From Macrostomum lignano (taxonomy: Eukaryota): a stretch of 64,000 nucleotides of DNA. Every line of letters starts with the position of its first letter. The stretch's first letter is position 1. A program made the position numbers and the translations under genes. Below, piece after piece: positions 7,922 through 17,471 of the stretch. The stretch spans positions 214,967-278,966 of the forward strand of contig NIVC01000952.1 of assembly GCA_002269645.1 (NCBI GenBank), read 5' to 3'. Under the pieces are notes generated by a model, which saw only the letters and a list, made by a program, of their open reading frames with translations, was not told the origin of the DNA and searched no databases.

Positions 7922-9509
7922 AGGAGGATTTTTAGACTTACAAAAAGGATTAACAAGCTTACCACCAATCTTTACTACTGGGAGGTATACGGGTGAGCTA
8001 CACCTACCATCAATGAACTTCACAGGTTAACCCGTGGCCTGAGTGAGGAAGGCAATGTCCTTGCTAGTCACTATTTGTGGCGACATCTCCAAATTGCGTG
8101 AAACCCGTCATACAGCTTCAAGTACCACTTCAAGTGAGAAATCTTTTGAAGGAACAGAGGTAACTCCTCTTCCCAATCGGACTTCGTCCGCGAACCTATG
8201 GTTCGATGGTAACAAGCTTGAAGACACGGTGGCAATGCGCAGCCAAGCTCCTAAGTATTTTAAATATAAGGAGAAGGTTCAGAGAGCAGACGGAGATGGG
8301 CGGTAATTATCGCCGCTTAAGGTGTGCTCCAGCCTCATTCGAAAGATTGAGGGTAAACAGCCGGGGACTAGACTGGATTTAAGATTAAATCCTGACAATA
8401 CTCCAAAATCTGATTCAATTCCAATAAATGGGATTGATTGGTTAGCATACTATCACGACTTAGCATATAGAGATGCTGACAAGAACCCGCCCGAGGAAGC
8501 ATTAAGATTAAAACATGAAGCCGATCAAAAAATGATTCAAGGATTAGATAACTTGCAGGGATTATCGGTAGGTCAAAAATTAACTAGGTGGATGGTTAAA
8601 AAGATCTTGCAGTCTAAAGTTAAATTTGGTTTGGGAATTAATTATAATCAACATGGAAATAATTGTGTTGAGTGTTTACTATTAAGTGGCAGTGGGTTAA
8701 GTTCTGATGAGGCAAAGATTCTTCATAAAGAATATCGAAAACCTAAATTTTATAGAAAAATCATGAACTTCAAAAAGAATGAAATTTGGTATGCTGATTT
8801 AATGTCGATGCCGAAAGATCTGGGATATAAATATATCTTAACCATATTAGATGGTTTTACTCGATACGCGTGGGCTGTTCCTTTGAAATCCAAAAAAGGA
8901 GAGGATGTTGCTGCTGCTTTTAGAAGTCTTGGAGAAAAAAGCGAACGTTTGTGTGTTGACGAAGGAAAAGAATTTTACAATCCTCACATGTATAAATTGT
9001 ATCATTTTGAAAAAGGACAAGAAAGGAAAAAGGACGCGAATGGGGAGTATATTAATAAAATTTATTCTATTTATGGAGAGAGTAAAAACGCATTAATAGA
9101 AAGATTTAATAGAACTTTAGGTAAGAAATTATGGTTTCAGTTTAGTCTTAATGCTAACCAAAAATGGGTAAAAATATTACCAGACGTAGTGAAAGATTAT
9201 AACAATTCATATCATTCGGCGATAAAGATGACTCCTCAACAAGCTTATAACAATCCTGAAAATGTTAGGGTTACTTTTGGAGAATTTGAAAAAAAGAAAA
9301 CTAAAGATTTTAAAGTTGGTGATTCTGTTTATATCTATAAATGGAAAGATAAGTTTGAAAAGGGAAGAAAAGGATATTGGAAAATAAGTGAGAAATTTAC
9401 TATCAGTAAAGTTTTAAATACCAATCCCACAACCTATATAATTGCTGATAAGGATGGTGAAGAAATATTGGGTTCTTTTTATGAGAACCAGATAATGTCT
9501 GCGAACTAA
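7902..9509 (+). CDS. PLA2 (parvovirus VP1u-like)-retroviral-type integrase fusion, join(7902..8027,8361..9509), 424 aa
   Basis: Joining the exons gives HLPSMNFTG|PGTRL...PINGIDWLAYYHDLAY (PLA2 Ca loop and HD motif). This is followed by the integrase core WYADL...LTILDGFTRYAWAVPL...CVDEGKEF...LIERFNRTL (DDE) and a Maverick-type C-terminal domain FKVGDSV...GEEILGSFY. Confidence 0.88.
8028..8360 (+). ncRNA. Group I self-splicing intron (IC1-like), 333 nt, no substantial internal ORF
   Basis: 5' exon ends in U8027; intron ends in G8360. Helices read by eye: P1 CAGGU/GCCUG(8037-41) with U.G wobble; P2.1 GUCAC/GUGGC; P3 CAUCUCC(8084-90)/GGAGAUG(8292-98); P4 UGCGUG/UGCGCA; P6 GCC/GGU; P7 G[A]GAGCA(8282-88)/UGCUCC(8325-30); P8 GGCGGU/AUCGCC; P9 CCUCA/UGAGG with GAAA loop. 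P, Q, R and S elements are recognisable. Confidence 0.93.
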
Positions 9510-9519
9510 GTTCAAACAG

Positions 9520-9744
9520 TTACTTAAGACAACATGGTAGTAAATTTTTTATAACAAACAAAAACAATATTATTACTATAATTGTTACTAATATTATTAT
9601 TGACATTTGTTCAACTGTTATCAAACTTAAATTTTCATTAAGTTCATTAATCGGCACATTTCCGATGTAGGAATAGTTTACCTTCATTTTTTTATATATA
9701 TTTTTCACAATAAATGTCGTTTCTGTTATAGAATAATAGTTCAT
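9520..9744 (-). CDS. Small single-pass membrane protein (74 aa), viral
   Basis: Hydrophobic stretch SIIILVTIIVIILFLFVI near the C-terminus; A-rich ATG context. Confidence 0.45.
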   Translation of the reverse strand: MNYYSITETTFIVKNIYKKMKVNYSYIGNVPINELNENLSLITVEQMSIIILVTIIVIILFLFVIKNLLPCCLK

Positions 9745-9760
9745 TTTTTAAATATTTTTT

Positions 9761-10075
9761 TCACATAAAAATTTCACTTTCATTCTCTGATTCACTGGTT
9801 TCATATGAACTATTTGTTGATTCGGAATCTGTTGATCTAACCTCCCAATCATCCGAATTTAAATAATCTCCAAGTTGAAATATTAGCTCACCCTCTTGTT
9901 CTAAATCATACATCTCATCTAGCTCTAATGGATAAAGTTTTAGGTCGTGCTTGTCGTCATATTTTAAATAAACTTCATCAATTATTCCATTCAAAATATG
10001 TTGTTTTATTATCTCTGCATTTTTAGCAACAGTCTCAAAAGTATCACTAACAGAAAAGGTGTAAACTCGGTTCAT
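9761..10075 (-). CDS. Small acidic hypothetical viral protein (104 aa)
   Basis: Intact ORF with an A-rich ATG context and an acidic/Ser-rich tail. Confidence 0.5.
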   Translation of the reverse strand: MNRVYTFSVSDTFETVAKNAEIIKQHILNGIIDEVYLKYDDKHDLKLYPLELDEMYDLEQEGELIFQLGDYLNSDDWEVRSTDSESTNSSYETSESENESEIFM

Positions 10076-10129
10076 TTTTTATAACAGAAAAAGACCCTTC
10101 GCGCCTGCGGCGCGTGCGACGGGTTATAG

Positions 10130-10423
10130 AGAATTGGAAGTGTTAGAAGTGTTGGAAGCGTTGGAAGCGTTGATACGATACAAAATACCCAGCAAACCGA
10201 AGCGAACGACGAGAGTGTGTTCTCACCATTCAAAAAGAATTAATCGTTGTAAGTGTGAAATGGGGAGATTGACCGAAATGAAGCGAGGATGAGCGAAGCG
10301 AGTTGAGCGAAGTGAAGACGAGCGATAATGAAGGGAAAACGAGTCATTTCACACTGATAAAGGGTTAAATTGTTTGCAATGGTGAGAATGGTTTGCTGGG
10401 TATTTTGTATCGTATATACTACT
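10130..10423. repeat. Probable right terminal inverted repeat region of the Polinton
   Basis: Short 9-nt tandem repeats (GGAAGCGTT), an internal inverted repeat, and terminal ACTACT at 10418-10423. The following TCTGTC would be the 6-bp TSD. The partner TIR is not in the window, so the inner boundary is approximate. Confidence 0.65.
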
Positions 10424-10905
10424 TCTGTCGCTTACTTTTATCTGCCAATTATACAATTTACAATTATTAAAACTCGCCATCTTAGTTTTCTCCCATGTCT
10501 GTCACTTATCTCTTATTTGTCGCCTACTAAAATTCACCATGTTAATTTCAAGGACTACTCGAATACAATAAAAAGACGGGATTCGGAAAACGTTTTTTTT
10601 TTAAAAAACTGGAGGCAGTTTTACCGACAACGGGGACTGTTTCCCTTTATTCTGCACAAAAAATGGTTAATTAAGGAAGGCCCGGTGTTCATCTATCGAT
10701 AGAGCACTCTGGGGTCCGCCTCCTATCAAAAGCAATAACAATTTTTGTGCTTTTCTCGGTAAAACCGGCCTCCTTAAAGTTTCCAAGAATCAATAGTTTA
10801 CCGTCCTACTTGAGTATCTGCCGCGGTATCTCTATCTGTCGCTCATGCAATTATTTAAACCATGTTAGCTGTCAGCCAAGCCAAGCAGATGAAGAAATGG
10901 ATTAC

Positions 10906-13184
10906 CCTGTCAGCAGGCTGGCCGCCCCCGCGCACCAACACCTGGTGCTTGAGGCTCTCCTGAATGTAGGTCAGCTCCTCCCGGCTAATCCAGGGATTGA
11001 CGGCTGGCGAGCTGTGCGCCAGAATGCTCCAGGCGATGAACCATGCGATGCCGGATGCACCTGGAGTATGACAATCGTTTGCGAGCGTTGCTATGCGTGA
11101 TTGCTGCTATTGGAACTGTTGCTATGCCGATGGCCCTGGGAACTCACCAAACGTGTAGAACACTGCTGGCCAGCCGCCTAGGAAATCGGTGGAGCACAGG
11201 TAGCCGCTGAGCGGCAGGCCAATCACCGTGCCCATGTGGCTGCCTGCTCGAGTAGGAATCATTTGGCGATTGGTTCACTGTTAGTTGCTATGCGGATGAT
11301 TGCTACGCAACTGCGTAGTAACAGGGTTTTTGCTAGTGAATGACTGCTACAAGGGTATGCAGATGGTTGCTATGCGAATGGTTGCTACGCGGATGATTGC
11401 TTTGCTGAGGGTTGCTATGCGGATTGTTCCTTTGCTAAGGGTTGCTATGCGGATGGTTCCTTTGCTAAGGGTTGCTATGCGGATGGTTTCTTTGCTAAGG
11501 GTTGCTATGCGGATGGTTCCTTTGCTAAGGGTTGCTATGCGGATGGTTCCTTTGCTAACGGTTGTTATGCCTATGCGGATGTTTGCTGTTGGTGGTTGCT
11601 ATGCGCATAGTAGCTACGCGGATAGTTGCTATATGGATAGTTGCTATGCGAATGGTTGCTATGCCGATGGTTGCTATGTTGATGGTTGCTATGCGGATGT
11701 TGCTATGCGAATGGTTGATGCTATGTTGATAGCTGCTACGAGGATGGTTGCTGTGCAGATGGTAGCTATGCGGATGGTTGCTATGAGGATGATTGCTATG
11801 TGGATGATAGCTATGCTGACGGTTGCTATGCGGGTGGTTGAGATTAACTTTTAAACTTTCGCGTACCTGAAATGATGAAGACGGCCATGGTGGTTCTCTC
11901 GACCGGCGGCGCCCACTGGCTCAGCATGGCATTCAATGAGGGAAACGTAACGCCCTGTCGAGATCGGGATGAACTTGGAGTTATGAGTACGGATTTTTGA
12001 AAAAAAATGCAGAAATTCAGAGCCCTCGCTGACCTCGCCGACGCCCTCCAGCACGCGCAGGCAGATTAGGGCGGCCACGCCCCAGTGCGCAGCCAGGGGG
12101 GTCAGCAGCGTCAGGGCCGCGGTCCACAGAATGCCGATGCCGAGCACCCACTTGGCGCCGAAGCGCTCGGCCAGCAGGCCGCCGGGGATCTGCGTGACGA
12201 TGTAGCCCCAGAAGAATGAGCCCAGAATCAGGCCCTGGGTCTGCTCGTCCCAGCTGAACTGCCCGGCCTGCGGGGCCAACGTCGGATCAGGGATGCACCG
12301 GTAGGGCAAAATGCATCGGGGAGGGCAAAATGCATCGGGGAGGGCAAAATGCATCGGGGGGGGGGCAAAATGCATCGGGGGGGGGCAAAATGCATCGGGG
12401 AGGGCAAAATGCATCGAGGGGGAGGGCAAAATGCATGGGGGGCAAAATGCATGGGGGGCAAAATGCATGGGGGGGCAAAATGCATGGGGGGCAAAATGCA
12501 TGGGGGGCAAAATGCATGGGGGGCAAAATGCATGGGGGCAAAATGCATCGGGGAGGGCAAAATGCATCGGGGAGGGCAAAATGCATCGGGGGGGGGGGCA
12601 AAATGCATCGGGGAGGGCAAAATGCATGGGGGCAAAATGCATGGGGGCAAAATGCATGGGGGGCAAAATGCATGGGGGCAAAATGCATGGGGGGCAAAAT
12701 GCATGGGGGGCAAAATGCATTGAGGGGCAAAATGCATTGAGGGGGGGCAAAATGCTTGGGGGGGGGCAAAATGCATTGAGTGGGGGGGGCAAAATGCATG
12801 GGGCAAAATGACAATGTATCGGGGGGAGGGCAAAATGCATTGAGTGGGGAGGGCAAAATGCATGGGGGATGTATCGTGGGAGGTAAAAATGCATCACTTG
12901 TGCAAAATATGACGAACTTGAATAGCTTAGCTTAGAAGCAACAAAAGAAATCGAGCCAAAGTCCCTCGGCTTACCCTCGCAGCCGATGTGTCATTCGAAG
13001 CAGAGTCAGGCGGGCAGACCTCGTCATCGCTGGGCCCGGACTGATTCAAACTCGCAGGCGATATCCTGCCCGTTGCGTTTACCATGGCAACCAGAGCTAC
13101 GCTGAGGTTCACGCGCAGCATGTACACGATGGCGAAGCCCATGAAGCTGAGCACGCATAGCAGAGCGCGCTGGCTGACCGCCAT
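10906..13184 (-). CDS. SLC17/sialin-like anion:cation symporter (MFS), 5' five exons only
   Basis: Exons translate to [34 protein letters not shown]; [25 protein letters not shown]...RVLEGVGE; [20 protein letters not shown]; [13 protein letters not shown]...GWPAVFY; [13 protein letters not shown]...[18 protein letters not shown] boundaries seen where checked. Confidence 0.9.
11270..11835. repeat. Degenerate ~15-bp minisatellite (GGTTGCTATGCGGAT) in SLC17 intron
   Basis: Direct reading of the sequence. Confidence 0.9.
12301..12865. repeat. G-rich ~17-21-bp minisatellite (GGGCAAAATGCAT(C)GGG) in SLC17 intron
   Basis: Direct reading; it explains the spurious HFAP/GAKC ORFs. Confidence 0.95.
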
Positions 13185-14877
13185 CCTTCGCTGTGTTGTG
13201 CTATCAGTGCTGTGCAGCTGAGCGAAGTACTCTGTGCACTAACATTAGTTTGCCTGACCTATTATTGCACTATTTTATAATGCTAAACTACTGAGTGTCA
13301 AATACTCGTACTTACTAAGCACAAGGCAAAGGTAAATAAATGCTATAAAATTGTTTCGAAAAGTCAAAGTGGTTTAGTGTTCTGTAACTGACTCCTGACC
13401 TGACTCTGAACTGGTTTTGCTTAATAGGACGCACACACGCAACAACACTATACACGCGAACCTCTATCTCGGTCCAACCCAAAGAGCTGGGGGAGGGCCG
13501 ACTCGTGTTTAATTGTGGCGGGCGGAGTTTCTTACCCCACCCCTCTGTCCCGCCACAACACCCCCCCCCCAATGTACATACTTCCCAAGTGTACATGTAG
13601 TAATGAATGTACACTATAGAGAAGTGTACAATTCTCTCTTGGTCGACGTTCTCCAATGCCGGCAGTGCTTTGGCCAGATATCTTTTTTTATCAAATTAAA
13701 AGCTTAAAATACTGATTTTTTAAATCAGTTTTTAACCCTTAAGAAAAATACTTCAAGCAAATAATTTCGATTTTTTGCTGCTCCTGAAAGCAAAACAGTC
13801 AGTCTACTTTGGTCGCCCTCGAAAAATATGGTAATTGTAATTGTTCAATTAAAACAGCACCCTCAAAAGTTCAATCCTAACCTTAGCAATAGCATTCACT
13901 CGTATCAAGAACCACGGCTAGTACATTCACATTGTGGGCTTCTAAAATTAAAGTAGTGCTTGTGCTTATTTTATTAATGCTAATTATTCTTATACCTTTT
14001 GAGCTCGAGAAGATTGATAAGAAACCCCCTCTCCAGTTCACAGTTTCCCTCTCCAGTTGTATTTTTTCAAAGGACAATTCTTTCAATGAACTTTTGAACG
14101 CACCTCCAAGCAAACGCATGCAAGTCCCTGAAAATGAGTCCAGCAATAAAAACCATACTATTCTACTTGCAAACAGTAGCGTATCTAGAATTTAATTAGA
14201 AAAGGAGAACATGCAGAAAAATCTGATATGAATTTTCGCGTCAGCGGTCCCTAAATCAGCAATCAGATTGCACTTTATCCTGCCGACCGGAGCTGCATTT
14301 AAGAGACCAATTGAGATGCCAGAAATGCAAAGAAAGTCCGCAGTTAGCTTGAAATCAAGTTGCTCAAACTCAATTTTTATTTATTTATATTTTTTGCGAA
14401 AGCGTCTGTGCCACAAACTAAAACAACATTAATTCGATTTTTTGTTTATTGATGAGGCAGCTTTGAGTCGGGAAGCTGTACGAGTTAGCTCGTACTTTTT
14501 TTTGGCCTGCTGCAGGTTGCTGCAGTTTTAATTGTGGGCAATTGGATCGATCGCTGCGATTTAGCGGCCCAAAGCGCTGCAGAAGACGAGTGGGAAAAGC
14601 TTTCTATGGAGATGTCAGCAGCAGTTCCTGTATGATTCATGCGCGAAATTCAGGGCAGAGCGTAATTGCCAAATGCTGGGCTGCAGCCACCGCAGGTCTT
14701 TGATGCCGCTCTGCTCCCGCACCCAGTGGGCTCATTGTTGACCAGAACCGTCTTGGGAGCGAAGAGCCGATAAAATTTTTTGTTCTGGGATTTGAAAGTG
14801 CAGAGAAGATTGACTAATGGGCTTTATAGACAGCTTTTAACATTTTATACAACTGTTGAATTCTCGGTTTCTGCTGT

Positions 14878-15325
<448 letters not shown>

Positions 15326-16545
15326 CCATCGGCATATTTGCTAGAATGCATGCTCTGAACGCGCCCGAGTCGAGCAGGTTCGCAACCAGCTGCGATCCGG
15401 CTCCCAGTCAAGGTTCAAACTCGGCAAGCCCCCCTTCCGAGAATTAATTGGCAATGCCGATTCCTGCAATTCTCGTCACCTTTCACAGGAAATTTCACAG
15501 GAAATTATTCCTGCCGCCAAGCAGACGACTTTCCGAAGATCACAGGGACACAGCAATGTTTTTATTGATCTTTCCGATACAGCGGGCTGCCTGCCTCCCG
15601 CAGCCAGTTGCGAAGCGCAGCAACGGGGCACGCAGATTTCTTAGAAAAAACCGCGGCCTTGCCGGCTCTGCCGCCCGCTGTTTGCTTTCCTTTCTGGCGC
15701 CTTTGCACCCGGCAGTTTTAATTCTCAGGAGATTTGCATCTTCATCCCATTCCTGTTTTACTAATCCGGCAACGCAGTTCCATGGGATCAGCCCCACCCC
15801 GCCCCCAATTGCTCCCCACCCATTATTTATCTGCCAGCTCCTCTCCTCTTCTCCCTTTTCTCCTCATCCATTTTTCTTTTTTTCTCTCTATTCAGAAATC
15901 AGAGCAAAGCTAAGTTAAGCAGAGTTGGCCGCGGTTAGCACTGGGATGAATAGGCTGCAGTGCGCCACCGCGGGTCTGGCCCCCGTTTTTGTTATCTTCA
16001 TCTTTTTGCAACCAGTCATTTTTCTCCCCTGATCCCAAGTAAAAACGCCAAACTGAGTGCAACAATGGCCCAGCTTTCTGTAGCGGAGATTCCGCTCAAG
16101 CCTCACCAAAGTAAAGCCCGAAGGGATTCAATTTGGCAAACAGCCCCGGGGGTCTCCCCGGATTCAAAAGAATTTCTCCCGTGGAATCTGCGCCAGTCAG
16201 TGAAATCCCGAGATCTCTGGGCCCTGAACTGGATTGATCGGCCCCAGGAGCAGATTGGTTTTGTTTTAATCCCAGAAAATATCTGCGGGAAAAATTTACT
16301 CGCGTGTTGAAGCTGAGCCTCCAATTGCGGAGCTCCACATTTCATTGAAATTTTCCTGCAGCCCTGCCTGCCAATTGCTTTCACTTAATTAATTAGCCGA
16401 TTCATGGACTCTGGCAGCCCCGCATCGGGCCGGCTGCAGCCCTCGGCGGCACGACTTGACAGCCCCCGGCCCGCTGCTTCCAGGAGCGGAAATCGGAGAT
16501 TTCTGGGACTGGCGACCGGCTTGCCTCTACCGGGCTGATGAGAGC

Positions 16546-16618
<73 letters not shown>

Positions 16619-17471
16619 TTCTGTCTGTGTGTCGCCTGAGCATGCGCAGCTGTCGCACTCAAGCTATCAGCCAGTCTGCATGAAGTGTCCTCACTGTGAA
16701 AGTTCTTAGAATTTTTCCTTGCCAAAACTGCGTGACAGCCGAGAGACGCTCAGGTAGAGCAGGTGAGCTCGCCTGCCCAGATCGGACACGCGCCGGCAAT
16801 GGGGGATAATTCGGAGAGCTGATGGGAGAACAGCAGATCTTCAGAGTTCAGAGAACTGTTGAGGCAGAGGCTTTTAACCCCGATTGAGTCATCTGCAAGA
16901 ATTAGCTGAGTAAAGCAACTACTCTTTAGATGAAGCGGTGCAGCTCATGCAGGCAGCAATTTCGCATCGACCCCGCAAGATGATACCCGTTCGGTTCCTG
17001 CTGTATAACGTAGAAGGTCCTTGAGTGGACTAGAGGGAACAAAATTATACAAAACTGTAAACTAAACTTTCTCTTAGGTATGAATATGAATGCGCTACAC
17101 ACGTGAGGCTGCGCTTGCAATTATTTTATTTTTGGTCCGGGCTGTTAAGGAAAAGTGCTGGAATTGAAACCGGAAGAAAACCGGCCATTCCTCCCTAGCC
17201 GTTTTAGCTATCCGGAATTCATTTGAACGGATAAGAGTTTTTGCTTAGAAATAGGGCCCGGGCTCTGATTGGCCCAGGGAAGTCACGTGCTGGGGTGGTG
17301 GGGCAAAAAGGGGTGCTGTCACAAAAATTCTAAAAATAGCAACATTCTTTAGCCAATCAACCAATGAGATTTGCTTAGCCTGTTTTCATTCAAGTCAGCT
17401 CGTAGCTTGCAGCCCTCAGGGCGGCTTCAACTTTTGAAGTAAGTCACGGGTTCGCAGATCGACGCCTTGAC

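Larger units (their letters stand above)
1..10423. mobile_element. Endogenous Polinton/Maverick (adintovirus-like) element, right part; left part including the expected pPolB lies outside the window
   Basis: Compact, AT-rich gene cluster with protease, penton, A32-like ATPase, MCP and retroviral-type integrase. Ends in ...TATACTACT at 10423, i.e. 5'-AGTAGT on the minus strand, the canonical Polinton terminus. Composition shifts to host-like sequence afterwards. Confidence 0.93.

Noticed and set aside
8043-8306. 87-aa ORF inside the intron as a homing endonuclease
   Set aside because: No ATG start, no nuclease motif, and it overlaps the catalytic core; incidental.
8026-8360. Spliceosomal GT-AG reading of the viral intron (CAG|GTTAAC ... 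AAACAG|)
   Set aside because: Splicing 8026-8360 gives ACA GCC GGG GAC TAG, an immediate stop. Only the group I junction (after U8027) restores GPGTRL, and the interior folds as a group I core.
8322-8360. GTG start of the listed 395-aa ORF
   Set aside because: These 13 codons are intron P7/P9 sequence; the real N-terminus is exon 1 at 7902.
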